Assembly (NCBI GenBank): GCA_013265495.1
Contig: MU058045.1
Coordinates: forward strand, 903,986-967,985
Length of the DNA: 64,000 nt
Reading direction: 5' to 3'
Origin: Vicugna vicugna
Lineage: Eukaryota
Shown: positions 49,379 through 62,508 of the stretch, piece after piece
How the letters are laid out: the number at the start of each line of letters is the position of its first letter
Position numbering within the stretch: the first letter of the stretch is position 1
The notes under the pieces: model-generated
Databases searched by the model: none
What the model was told of the DNA's origin: nothing
What the model saw: the letters and a program-made list of their open reading frames with translations, nothing else
Made by a program: the position numbers and the translations under genes

Positions 49379-51326
49379 CCATTAAAAATAGGGAGTAATT
49401 TCTCTCGGATCCTGTGATTTTAAGCAGCATAGGCAATTTGGGAAGGCTAGGGGGTTCCTGGTTTTATGTAGAATGACAGTAGGTTAATAACTCGGGTAAG
49501 TTGGGACACATCTGACTTTTGAAGCTGCTAATGAGGAGAGACATTTCTTTCTGAGTCTGTCCCTCCTTGTCCGTCATAAAGCTGGCAAGGATAGGACACT
49601 GGGTCCCACTCAGTGTGGCCATTCCTGTAGTGCCACCATTGCCAGGTAGCAAGTGAGAAGCTCTGGGGAGCCTGTTCACTTCCTGGCCTTCCTGGTTTCT
49701 GAGTTTGTTTTCTTTTTCCTAAAATACTTGATTTGGATGCGTGTGAAATCAACCCGCAGACCTGCAGCGCCTGGGAGGCCCCCCACTGAGCATGTGATAA
49801 GAGTTTTGTAAAGAGCAGTGAGCGAGCGTGGCCAGTGTTCGTGGTTTGTGGTCATCGCTCGCTGAAATTGTTGCTTCCGTGGTACCTCTCAAGAGTTCTT
49901 CATTTTCCATGACACGCCAGAGTGCTGGGGCTGAGGTTCAGTGGGATGGGTGGGCAGGGAGCTGGACTGTCTGTGCTCCCGCGGTCACACGTGTTCCAGC
50001 AAGGAGAGACAGAGCAGGGGAGGGCGAAAGAAAGGAAATGGAAGTGATGAGAGAGGAGCAGGGAGGGCGGTGCTGAAAGGCAAAGAAGAGAGGCTTCCTG
50101 ACTCGGATTGCTCATGGTGGCGGAATCAGCAGTGCCGTTTCCAGAGCTCCTGAACCAGTCATAAACGTGGAAAGCAGGGATGCTTGTATTAGGCATTGCA
50201 GGCGGCCAGGTGGTAGCAGAAAGCTGGGGAAAAGCCACACGTCAGAACGCTCCTTTCCCCACCTCTGTGAAGCCCTTGACTTAGTGATTCCATCGTTGAC
50301 AGAGCCGTGCAGGCCAGGAATCACAAATCCGAAGCCCCGTCAGGGGAGGTGAGGGCTGCAGCCCAGGCGTGGAGCAGCTGGGAGTGACGGGGGCCCTGGG
50401 AGCTGGCACACGTGTGCCCGTCCGGACAGCGTGCCCGCCCCTCAGCCCCCTGAGCCTTGGGCTGGGGCCGCCACCTTGTTGCTTGATTTTTTTTTTTTGA
50501 AGAAAAAGAGAAATATGATTTTTTGTGCTGTTTGCCAACTTTTAAAAAGTCTGCCTGGGTCAAGACATAACTGCAGGCTGGACCTGGCTCCCTGACTGCT
50601 AAGTTATGACCAGTGACTTAAGTCAACAGATTACTAATATTATCGGGTGCAAAGGCTGGGTATGGTGTTGGTGGGGCAGGGGGAGGTCAAAGAATTTGTT
50701 TTACTCACCTTTCAGAACAACATAATAATATAATCACCAGGAAGTTACCCTTATTAGGGAAATTAGAGCGTCGATGGGGAAATAATTTTATACCCTGGGT
50801 GGGGGAGGGCGCCGGGACAGGCAGGCCTGGATGAGGTGTGACGCTGTGGACCTTGGCAGGCCGGGGGCGCTGGCGTGGGATCTCAGGGTGCCTGGGTGCT
50901 GGGCAGAGGAGGACCCGGTGGTGGGAATGGAGCATGGGAAGGAGAGGAGGGAGGGAGGGAAGGAGGAAGGAAGGAAGTCTGGTATCAAAGACAGACTGTT
51001 CGACTTCCACATTTTACCTGGAACCCCCTTGCCATCCAGCCCCCTGCTCCCCGAAATCAAATGCAGAACAGCCCCCTTTGCTTAAAGGTGAAACCTCCGC
51101 ACAAGTGCGAGAGCGCTGTATCTGTGCAGCACAAACCTCGGGGCGTGAGCAGGTGGGCTAACTTCGCCTCACGTGGTCAGTTTTATGTTTTGTAACTTAC
51201 TGCACTGAACCGCTCATCGATTCTCATGCTTGGGCCTCATCGTTTGTTGCTTATGTACATTTACCTGCTCCTTAAAAAAAAAAAAGAAAAATTTTAAAAG
51301 TTAAGGGAACCCGGGTGAACATTAAC

Positions 51327-51450
51327 TTTTGGGGGGGGTTAGGTTTATTTATTTATTCATTATTTTTTTATTTATCAGAGTACTGGGAATCAAACCCTGA
51401 CTGCGTGCTTGCTAAGCGTGCGCTCCGCCACTGAGCTATACCCTCCCCCC
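51327..51450 (-). mobile_element. tRNA-Ala-derived SINE (diverged)
   Basis: gtactgggaatcaaaccc...gctaagcgtgcgctccgccactgagctataccctcccc with the g-run/ttagg tail block. Confidence 0.85.
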
Positions 51451-52299
51451 AACTTTATTTTTTAATCAGGTAGAATTGATTGTGATGCTGTTCAAAAAAT
51501 AACCCAAACCAAGATGAAACAGGAGCACAAGCATCGTTCCCCCAGTGCAGGAGTGAGCACAGCCTGAATTCAGTAGCGGAAGAGGGGCCGGGAGTGGCGG
51601 ATGGGGAGGCCTGGGGAGCAGGGGGGCGGGCCGCTGGGCGAGTGTAGCCCGAGTGGTCTGTGACAGTCGATGCGTGAGCGCTTATCCGTTCCCAGTCGGG
51701 AACCACACTTCTCCCTCCCCTTCCTGGTCTGACATCCTGATCTGATGGCAGAATTTATGTTAAGTTCTGGAAAAGTGGAAAGGGGGTAATGTGTGGGAAC
51801 CTGTGAAATGATAAATCAGGACCTCCTTAAGGTCTAGGATTATTTTGGCTTCTTTCACTTTTGGGTTCTTTACAGGAGAGGCTTTGAGAGGCAGGAATGT
51901 GGCTTAAAATGTGTGGAGTTTTGTTTTAGTTTGTTTTTTTCCCTAAAGTAAAAACCAGTTACCGTGATCAGTTTGGCTGTTTAAATAGCCTCAGCTTCAT
52001 GGTGGCTTCATCGTGGCTGTCTTGCACCTAGCAGGAGAGGGAACAGCTATAATTAACCCCTCTCCTCTGACTTCACTGTTTCTGGGTAAACTGAGCCCTA
52101 TCCATCATGCCAAAGGCGCAGTAAAAACTTCGAGTCGTTGGGAGTATCGAAGCCAACAGTTTGGTTTGGTTTCTAAGGCTTCGTGTGGAAGAATCAAATC
52201 TCCACTGTTCCTTGAAAATGGAGACAGTTCATGTCTGGTGGTGCCGGTCGTCCTCAGACCTCTGCTCTCCTTTCTCAGAAATCATCTCCGTCCCCCAGC

Positions 52300-53220
52300 T
52301 CCAGTGACCCCTGCCACTCAGTGCCTCCTGCGCGTGCGCCCCTTATCCGCACGTGTCCCTCTTGACCACCCCGTCCTTTCCTGGCACTTAACATGTCTCA
52401 GGCCACAGCCATCATTGCACCCCACTCCCTTAAACACACACCACAGGCACATGCCTAGATTCACCTGAAACCGACACTAATGGCTGGGCTCTCTGCAGTA
52501 TCTGTGTTTGGCTCTGCTGTTCTTCAGCGGCTCCTGTGGACGACTGCGTTCATACTTGAGGCCTTCCTCTTCCTCCCACGCCGTCTGATGCCCAGGCCAC
52601 AGCCTTTCTCACTCTCTCGGTCTCTCCCTCGTGCGTTCTCACCGTCACCAGCCACGTGCAGGCCCACCTGCTGCCATGGTACTTTGCTGAGCAGGCTTCC
52701 CAGTGTCCCCATCTCTGCCTGTCTCTGGTCTCACTTCTCTCCTGTGCAGCTAAGATTCGGCCACCCGTTGACCACTCTGAAACACCAACTGCATTTTACC
52801 AGGCCCTTGGCAGGAAGCCTTCCAGCACTCCAGCCTGCCCCCAGGACACAGCCCACCGTCCTTGGCTCTGGACCTCGGGCCCTCTGCAGTCTGTCTGCCG
52901 TCCACGTCATCTGCCGCCTTCTTCCTGTTCCCCCGAGGAAACCTCCTCTCCAGCCTGACCAGGGGTCTCCACTTCTCTGAGCATCACTTGTCTGTTTCCG
53001 CTTCTGAGCACCAGCTCACCTGGCGGCCTTCCTCCTGCGGCTGCTCTCCTTCCGGTCTCCCTCCAGCTCCGCCTGAGGGTTGGGTCTTGTAGCTAATACT
53101 CTGTTCTTCCTCTGTGCCCCGTGTGTACTTCCACTCTTCAGTTTATTAACATACGTGAACATAGATGTCTTTGGGGAAGGACCCATGCTTTCCTTTGTGT
53201 GGTCCCCACACAGCATGGAA
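52300..53220 (+). mobile_element. Degenerate LINE-2
   Basis: Pyrimidine-rich L2-like body ending tagatgtctttggggaaggacccatgc...tgtggtccccacacagcatgg. Confidence 0.5.
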
Positions 53221-55456
53221 TGAGGCCGGTGCAGAAACGAGTGAGCCTGGACTGGAGGGGTGTTAAGTTAGAACCCTCTCTCTGGAAGGGGTCGGCCCCA
53301 GGTGATGTTGCCAAGTAGCTAGGTGAGCCCACCTTGATTTTTCAGGGAAAGCCAGAAGCCTTAATTTCATGTGAAATTGCTTAATTAAAATTTTTTCACA
53401 TCATAGTTCAGAGGTGGTCTCTACCAGGGGAACGTAGTTTCTGAAAATTAAAATTTAAAGACTATCTCATGTGCAACGTGGACATGAAATAGTAACACAT
53501 TCTGTGTACAAATACAAGACAGAGTTAACAATTCTGCTCTTCAGGATGAATTTGGGATCTGTAAAGGTAGAGCTTCTGGAAAACCAGGAATTGAATGTTC
53601 CTCCAGTGAACTTGGGATTTAAATGATAGTCCAATGGCAGTGGCTGTCACTCTTTCCTTTTATAGGTGAATTGGATACTGTGACACACCTGTTCATTCAC
53701 ATGACCAGATGCCTTTAACAGCACCTTGTTATTTTCACTTTATGAAAATATTCTCATAAAACAAATTCTTAAATGGAACTTTTCCAGATTGACGTTACAA
53801 GGGGCAGGTCTGTTTAGTGGGGTTGTTCAGTGCCGAGAGTGTCTGTATGTTGTGGGGAAATCACAGCCCTTTCCAGGTTAGATGAATGAGAAGGTCACTG
53901 GCAAGGATGACACAGCCACCCTCTTTAAGAGGCTGAGAGAACAGGAGTAGCCGGCCTCAGCAGGTGTTGGGAGAATCCCCACACACGTGCAGATCCCAAG
54001 TGAGCTATTATTTATTACCTTTGGGCTTCTGCAACATTGTCATCTTTCATCGGTCTGTCACAGTTTTGTCGAGTCCCTCCAGCGATGTGGCACTACGGGG
54101 AGGATCCCAAGATGCATTGACCATAGTCCCGCCCTCATATGGCTTTAAGTCCAGTGGGAGAGAGAAACATCCTAAGCACAGAAATACAGGAGAGGGTGCC
54201 ACGAGTGTCCCTTAGTCCCTAGATGACCAATTTAAAAAGTTCATGGTGATAAGAGGAAGAAGTTTCCCCAGTGCTTCCAAAGATACACAGTATCTCGTGC
54301 ACGCTTAACATCACCTCCGCAGGCAAGTTTGACTCCAGTCTTGTCTCTCTTCTACCCATGATATGAGAAACCAGACACATTCCTGGGCTCTTAGAGGAAA
54401 AGCCCTTTCTGAGCATTGACCAACAGACTGAGCACAAATCAGGAAGAGGGAGTGCTTTCCTACCGTGTTTAATGACGTTCCTGCAAGTTTTCCTGGTGTG
54501 TTCATGGAAGCACCGTGACTTGTTACTTGGTGGTGGAGGGGCAGAGGACGTGAAGACGCGTCATGTACTCGTCTGCCCGAGCCGGGGCTGTGCGCGGAGG
54601 TGCGGTGTCGAGGGCTGGCGTTCACGAGACGGACCCAGAGCTCCGGACCCAAAGCTGGTTCTCCCGCTTCGGTGCTCACCTGCAGTGCTTTGTAAATGCA
54701 AACACCTGAGCCTCACACACACACACCCCAATTCAGGGCGTCTTGGGCCTTGTTGTCTAACAAGCACCCCCGATGTCCTGAAATTGGTGATCCTTGGGGA
54801 CTGTCCCTCCAAAAGCTTTGGTCTGCAAGTGGGAGAGAGAAAATGGCAGACAAAACAGAACTGCAGAAATAGAGCGGGTGTGATCAGGGCCATCTGGGGG
54901 TCCATCCAAAGTGCTGCGGAGGTCGAGGGTACCGAGGGAGCCCCTTTCCAGCCTCAGTTCCTGGAAGGCATTTGAGTTGGTGGAGAAAAGATGGGTGGGA
55001 TTTTGATGGTTTGAAACGAGTAAGGAACTTCAGGCTAAGGGAGTGGAATGGATGAAGCCCTGAGTTGGGGAGGGCAGTGGGTTTTTGGAGGATCTCATCA
55101 AGTTTCTCTCCAACTTCCAAACCTTCGTTGTCACCCGGCATTCAGGGTAAAGTCTAGACTGCAGAGCTTGGTTTCTGTAGCCCAACAGATCTAATTCCAT
55201 GCCCTCGACCATGCTGTCCACCAAAATGCACGTGTGTGCCCTCGCTTTCACACACACACACACACACGCGTGTGCCCTCTCTCCCCCGCAGACTGAGATA
55301 GCCATCTCGAGCTAGCTGCCAGCCCCTTTAGGCTGTCCTTTATTTTGGTGGCTTTGCACATATCACTCCCCCCCCCCCCAGAATACCTGTTCCTCATTTC
55401 CCCTTGCTGACTTTTTGGACCTTCAGCGTCTAGCATAGAACTCACATCCGCCAGAG

Positions 55457-55773
55457 CAGTGCAGGGTGGCTCCCGGGGAGTCTCCTTAGACTGCAGATTC
55501 TGATGCAGGGGGTCTGGAGTAGGGCTTGAGATTCTGCGTGTCCAACTCGCTCCCAGGAGACGTGGAGGCTGCTGCTCCAAGGACCGCACACTGAGCAGGA
55601 AGGATGGAGAACAGCAGTTTTCTACTCCGCTACACATCTGAATCCCCTGGAGAGTTTCTAAAATTCCCAGTGCCTGGATTCCTCTTTTCCTATAAATCCT
55701 GATTTAATGGCTCTGAGTTATAGTACACTGGGATTTTTCAGAGGGATTCTGATGTTCAAGTGGAAAACCACTG
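55457..55773. mobile_element. Two adjacent MER5-type hAT elements (about 55457-55597 and 55614-55773)
   Basis: cagattctgatgcagggggtctggagtagggcttgagattctgc...gctgctccaaggaccgcacactgag; then gaatcccctggagagtttctaaaattcccagtgcctgg...gattctgatgttc...gaaaaccactg. Confidence 0.7.
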
Positions 55774-55904
55774 CGACTAGAAAGTCCTCCCTGCCTCGGC
55801 AGGTCCAGGTTGTGATGGAAACCGCCAGCGTGCTCGTCTGCGGGCAGGCACCACCATTGCCTGCGTTTCTCTCTGCACTCTAAACTGCCCAAGAGCAGGT
55901 GCTG

Positions 55905-56103
55905 TGTCATTTGTTCATTCATTTGTCTGTTCATTCAGGAAGGGCTTACAGAGCATCTTTTCTGTGCTCTGCACTGTGCAAAGTACCAAAGATGCCAACC
56001 AGACCTGGTCCCCGGGCTCAGAGAATCTACAGCACAGAAGGGGAAGCATCATTCAGCACAGTGCCAGGCATGGTGGGCTCTTAGTGTTTACTGAATGAAT
56101 GAA
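55905..56103. mobile_element. Two LINE-2 3' ends in opposite orientation
   Basis: (cattt/cattc)n...gagc...gcactgtgc on the left; gcacagtgccaggcatgg...gctc...tgaatgaatgaa on the right. Confidence 0.6.
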
Positions 56104-56788
56104 GGAGATGAAAGAGGAGGGGAGGGAAGAAAGAATGGAAGAAAGATGGCAGGGGCATGCCCAATAGAAACAGGCATTTCATTGCTCTGGACTTCATCTC
56201 CCCCCCCCAACACCGTCCCATTTCTAGCCATGGCCTTGTAGGAATGAATAGAAATGAACAAACAAGTGATGTTAATGTGGAGAAAACTTGACGAATAAAT
56301 ATTGTCGAATATCCATTTCACCCTAATGCTCTTTGCACCGGCTCTGGTTGCTGCCCCTCTAAGTGCTCAATTAAACATTTAGAGCAGCATCCTCCCTACT
56401 TGCTGTTGGACTATAGGTCTGGTTACCACTCCCTAACCAAAAGGGTTATCACCCGGGTTTGCACTCAGCCTTTGCTTTTCTGCAAGGTGCTGATTCTTGG
56501 TACTGGAAAGGTTAGAAGAGTTTTTTTTGAAATGCTCCTGTGCAGCTGTTTACAGATATGACCACCCATCAGCCTGAAATGTCACCCCTATTCAAAGCAA
56601 TTGAGTATCCTTGAGGATAATCTCCTTTAAAGCCCAGAAATGTGGCACCAGGCTGCTTCAAGCTGAGAGAGAAAGCTTCCTCCAGGCTCCTATAGCAACT
56701 TTGTCTCAATAAACTTGAAAATAAATAGCCGAGGACCCCACCCCTCCAGCAGTGTTTCTGTATAGCTTTAGACATGTGTATCTAGGGA

Positions 56789-56812
56789 GTGTGTGTGTGT
56801 GTGTGTGTGTGT
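56789..56812 (+). repeat. (GT)12 microsatellite
   Basis: Directly visible. Confidence 0.95.
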
Positions 56813-59800
56813 AGGATACACCACTGGAGTGCCTGCTGTATTAATTTATATTTTTCGAAACTCTTGAGGCAGATTTAGCTCATTTACTAATATATTTCCT
56901 TTCTCAAAAAAAAAAAGCTTATTGAAGGGTTTTTCCTGATTTTGAATAGATTTACTGTAACAAAATGGTGAAATAGGGAACAGTAAACAAAATAAAAATC
57001 CATTGCCGACAATCACTCGTAACATTTTGGGTGTGTCTTTCCAGTCTTTTTTCTGTGTACACACGTAATATGTCTACATGTGTAACTTTTTAATACCATG
57101 TGGGATTCTATACTACATACCGTGTAACTTGCTTTTTGCAGTTCCTGGAGTCTGAAAAATTATAACGTCTTCACATAGTTTCCAAAACAATGACTGTAAT
57201 GACTGTATAAGTTTTTGAAAAAGTGTATGTATTATATCTTTTTATATGACCTCCTGCTTTAAGTACGAGTAAGCATTTCTAGCATTTTTATTATAATATA
57301 TTTATATTTATCATAAGATAAACTTTATTTTGGGTTTTGGGAACCACAGGAAACAAACTCTTATTTTCAGTGGAGAAATACTGCACCTTACGAGATTTCG
57401 CGTCTCGGTCCTTTTGGGAGTGGCAGCTGAAAGCCTTTAAAGTTTGGTGTATTTTCCCTGAGGCAGGGAAAGAGAGAAACCACCCTTTTCAGCAGGAGCG
57501 TCCTGGGCCCTGGCTGCTGTGCTGGGTCAGACAGGATGGGACAGTAGTCCTTGCCTCAGAGCTTATGTTGCAGTGGGGGTTGGGGGGGCAGTAAACAGTA
57601 AACAGACCCATAAATGTAATAACTACCAGTTGTGACAGTCTAGACAGCCCGAAGGCCCTCTGGGTCGAAGGGCTCTGAAGAAGGATCCAGTTCTGCGTTG
57701 CTTATTTTATTAACATCATTAAGATGATCACCAGAGAGTGGTTTGGATAACATAAGCGCGTCTCGGTAATTATGACAGATGAATGAAATCCAATCCCATT
57801 AGCTCCATTTGAACCTGTTGTAAAATAGCCTCCAGTTACTCATAAACGTGGGCTAAGTGAAACTTCACTGAGGGTCTGGAACTGTCGCGGAAGAAAGCTG
57901 CGGTTCTCGCCCTCCACTTTTTTGTGTGAGCCTTCCCCTGCTCCCTCTGCGGGCGGTGCTGGTTAAGGTCACCAGAGCCAGCACCTGGAGTGGGTGATGC
58001 GTGAAAGTCAGCCCTCGTGGTCCGTGGGTGCTTTGGATGAAGGGGAATCGATGAGGTCTCTGATTCTCAGTCCTCCTCTCCGACTCCAACCCAAACCTCA
58101 CCCCAGTGCCCCCCGTTCCCATGATGAAGCAGCAAAGACTGCTTACGGCCCACTTATTTACCTAATAAACTGGCTCTTGTATCGCCTGGGAAATGCAAAA
58201 ATTTTTTCACCAGGAAATCCTAGTAACAAGCAAACAGAGGTCCAGCAGTCAGGTCTGAAGGAACAAGGAACTGAAGGTCAGCTAATATGGCCATTCTTCT
58301 CCTCCCTGGTGGCCATGACAGCACAGGGGTTTATTTGAAGATCCCAGACTTCGAATCGTTGCCTGCATTGTTAGCTGCCCCAGTATTTTAGGCTGTGCCA
58401 ACAGTTTCAGATATTAATGTATTCGAGAGATCAGTGAATGAAGAATTCCTCTGCACTTTTTTTCCCCTTTTTAATTTTTTTCCCCCTTTCCATACACTTT
58501 GTTTGTAGTGTCTTTGTCTGCCAGACGTTGCTGGGCATTTCTAATGAGAAAGCAAAGAATTGCAGAAGGAAAAAGGCGAGGGGCGGGGGGCGGTGTAGGG
58601 AGAAGAAAACAGGCGAGGAAACACAGGGCGTGTTTAGCACTTTAACAGTAAGGTGACATTTTTACAAGCTAGTCAGGTGCACGGGACTCACTGGGGGAGA
58701 ACGGCGTTGGCGATGCAAATGCGGAGCGGAACGCGCCGTTTGGGAAATGGCTAACTCACTGATTAGCTTCTCGTCACAGGAACGCACTTGCATTTCTGAG
58801 CATCATTTTCCCTGCAGGATACCCAGCCTTAGTGCCGCTTGAAGTATTCAATCCAGCTTCATTATGGCAGCCACCTCACTAACCCACCATGGGCAGCTAC
58901 TAAAAGGGAGGAAAAATTAAAGCAATTCATACTCCCGGTGACTTACTGCTGCAGAATAATTGGTTTCTGTTTGCAAAGAACATTATCCCAGCAAAGCCCA
59001 GCAAACAGAAAAGTCCGTCTGAGAGAGGGTTACAGGGACTAGGGTAGAAAGTGGGGAGGCGAGGGAGGGCTGGGGAAATGACATGTTTGCAAAGGCAGTT
59101 AGCTGATAATTAATTTTTTATATCATTCCATACTGGGACGTGTCCTTCCGTGATGTATGGACATGCGCTGGTTTTGTAGCACGTCCTTTGATACCTCATG
59201 GAAATGTTAATGAGACGAAACCAGTTAAAGAGCTCTTTAGACCGCGCGGGGCTTTGGGGAAGGCCGCAATGAAATGCAGACCCTCCGAGGGCTCCTCCGA
59301 CACACAAGAAGTCCCTTTGTTTCCTGTCTTATGAACCAGAGGCAGGTCTGAAATTGCAGGGAAAGTGAGAGGGGGCTGAAGAGTTGGCGCCGGAGGCTTG
59401 GCTTTCTATATTTAAAAAGAGGGGGAAAAAATCGCTCGCCAGTTATTCGCACCCGGGTTTGATAGGCAGTGCAGGGTGTTTTTGAAGTTCCGAAGGAAGG
59501 TTCTCTGAAGATGGAAGCGGGATCTGTCTTTCACTTAGACTTAATTAAGAAACTTGCTGGCTTTGTCTGTAGGGGGCCCATTACGCGCAAGCTGCAGCCC
59601 CCTCTGAATAGGGGCTCAGCCTGGAAAGTGTATACATGCCACACCGCCTTTGTGCCGTGTTACCAAACTGGAGGCAGGAGCAAGTGCGGCCGGGGCTCTG
59701 CCAGAGGTCACCCCTTGTTGTCGCCCATGGCCCAAACAGAGCGGCCTCGCCAGCGCACGGCGTTCCTTAGGGACCCGGGACCGATGAACCTTCTATAAAA

Positions 59801-61737
59801 GGAATATGGTTAACAAAGCAGGGGGGCGGGTAGAAGAGAGTCTGTCTGCTCTCCCAGTCCTGGTCCCAAGTTGCAAGGATGAACAAGGTGAACTCTGTCC
59901 TGGCCGCGAGGACACATCACTCGGTGTGGGAACCAGAGGTGGTGAGCGTCTGGCTTCAGGGCACAATCTCTCCCCTAGCCCGCTTCCACCCAGCCCGGGG
60001 AGAAAGTTTGCCTGGTCACTGTTCTCATAACCTTGAGAATAATTTCCCCCTGGTGGGCTCCTGAGGCCTGCCCTATTTAGGACCAAGTTGCTGAATGCTA
60101 GAGGATAAAGAACAGTTGGAAAGCTGTGAGCAGTGGTTAATCAGCTAATTCGCATTTCAAAAGACACTAATAAGAGGTGATCAATTCAAAGAAAGCCCTG
60201 GGTATGAGTCCTTTACTCACCCCTCGAGTGAGCAGGCGGCGCTCCCTCCGGTTTCTCGCTCCCGCCCGTCGCCTCCCTTCCCTGCGGGACCTCCCAGGGT
60301 ACCTGCACCTCTGCCCCCCCAACCGCCCGCTCCCAGCGGGGCCCTGCAGCCCTTTGCCTTCCTCCCAGCCGCGGCCAGCTGCACCCGTGGGGCTCTCAGT
60401 AACCCCAGCCTTGGTCTTTTGTGCCCGACCCTCCTCGCCCCCTTGCTCTCCTGCACCTCAGTGTCTTCTCTCCTTACTCATTCCTCCTGATCTGTGACCT
60501 CTCGCCAACCCTGTCCGGTTGCCATTTGCTTGGCTGTGACGGGAGGGACCCTCATTACTTTGCCGTTACGCGTCCTGCCCGGAGACCCATGTTGTGACTG
60601 CCCGAGTGTCTCCTGGGACCCGAAGTGGCTCTGCGTCTTCCCTACCGTGTCTGTCACTGCAGCCTCTCTGCCCGGCTTCCCGTACCTGCTGTTCAGACAG
60701 AGGTGGGGGGCTGCCTCACGGGCTTTCTAGCGAGGTGCTTCGTGATTGGATTTTCCTGCTGTTACAGGCTAACGGCTCTGTCCTGGAACCAGTGTCACCC
60801 ACCCAGTGACTGGAAAGTCAGCCAGCCCACCAAGTGACGCTGTCCAAATAGAGCCGTAATGCCAACAATCGAGAGATTTTGTTTCCGCCAAGAGGACAGT
60901 TCACGTGTTGGGAAGTGAGCTTGTCAGGGCTTTCTTTCCGCCTCCTCTCCCAGCCCTTGGCAAAACGTAGAATATCGTCACCTTTGATAGAAGGTGCAGT
61001 GAAGGGGGCCGGGGGGAGGTCCTGGAGCATCCTTGACCTGGATGCCAGAAGGAGCAGCACCATGTTTGATGCTTCTGGTTTTCTCTGTGGCTGTAACACC
61101 TGTGTGGGGTCTTTTGAACATGGTCCTTGGTTTTCAGAATCCCGGAGTGCTTTAGCCCCATCGTGCTTCAGAAGGCTGTCAGGAACTCAGCTGCCCTCTT
61201 TCTTACAGACTCTGAACAAATGCCATTTCATCTTCTGGCCATGAGTGACAGGAAATTTTCCTAAACTCCAGTCCTGACAATCAGGTGACAGTTAGGGATA
61301 GCCTTGCAAGCCCTGAGATGATTGTTGGCCTGGAGAGGTGTCACTGGGAGGTGGCCAGCCGCACGGTTTGTCACCCACGATAAAGGCTTTCTGCTTAGCA
61401 TGCCCCCCAGTTATCAGGAACATCTTTAGTTGAACCTTGTTTTGACCTTGAGCTATTCTGGGAGGGTTCCTACTTTGAGAAGGAATGTGGACCACATGAC
61501 CTGCAAGGTCCCCTCCACACGGGCACGCACCAGCACTCATGTCATCACCAGGGGCAGTGGCCCACCAGGCTCTGCCCCAGGACACAGGACTCAGCTGCTG
61601 TCTGTCATCTGAGGGAGTGTCAGGGTAGACTCTGAAACAGAGTCCAGCTTTAGATCAGAAAAAGTTCCTAGCCCTAAACAACAGAAACCTTCTCTGATTA
61701 CTGAAGTACAAAAGGAATTTATTAAGAGGCTCTCTAA

Positions 61738-61854
61738 GGGGGAGGATACAGCTCAGTGATAGAGCACGTGCTTAGCATGCACAAGGTCCTGGGTTCAATC
61801 CCCAGTACCTCCATTAAAAATAAATAAATAAACCTTAATTACCCCCCCAAAAAA
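61738..61854 (+). mobile_element. tRNA-Ala-derived SINE (long-tail form)
   Basis: ggaggatacagctcagtgatagagcacgtgcttagcatgcacaaggtcctgggttcaatccccagtacctcca, then (taaa)n, ccttaattaccccccc and an A-tract. Confidence 0.92.
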
Positions 61855-62350
61855 GGAATCTAGTAGTTTGAAACATCAATCATCAAGAAGGCTGGAGAAT
61901 CGGACTCGAACATGGGGAGAAACCAGAGGTGGCTAGAACCATGAGCACAGCTCCACCACAGAACCGTCTAGCAGAGGACTCACTACCACGACTGCCGGCA
62001 CCCCCAGCGGCCAGCACCGCCAGCGGTGGGCACCAGGGGCTGAAGCTGGAAGGGCTGCCACTGACGTTCCTGGAGAGTCAGTGTTGCTGCTGCCACCACT
62101 GAAACAAGTTCTCCGTGCTCCCTCGTGTGCACTTGGTGCTGCCGGGGAGGCAGGGCGGTGCCAGCATTTGGCCCTTCTGGTCCTACCTCCTACCAAGACT
62201 CCTCTCTTGTAAGAAATGGGTTCAGATGCTGAGCTGCTGAGAAACTAACTAGTGTCCACTGCAAGCTTCCGGCTCCACTGGGGGTTACTTGCCAAAGGTG
62301 GACCTCTTCTCCTGGACTCCTGTGACTGGAGCTGCACGTCTCTGTACCTG

Positions 62351-62508
62351 AGATGTGCTGTATGATCTGTGGGGCCCAATGAAAAATGAAAATACAGGGC
62401 CTCTTGTTTAGAAATGATTAAGAATATCAAGATGGTGACAGCGTGGGGCCCACTAGGCCTGGGACCCTGTGTCACTGCTCAGGTCACTTGCCCATGAAGC
62501 CAGCCCTG
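62351..62508 (-). mobile_element. MER91A-like hAT-Tip100 element
   Basis: Minus strand begins CAGGGCTGGCTTCATGGGCAAGTGACCTGAGCAGTGACACAGGGTCCC and includes CTTGATATTCTTAATCATTT...CCCTGTATTTTCATTTT. Confidence 0.75.
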
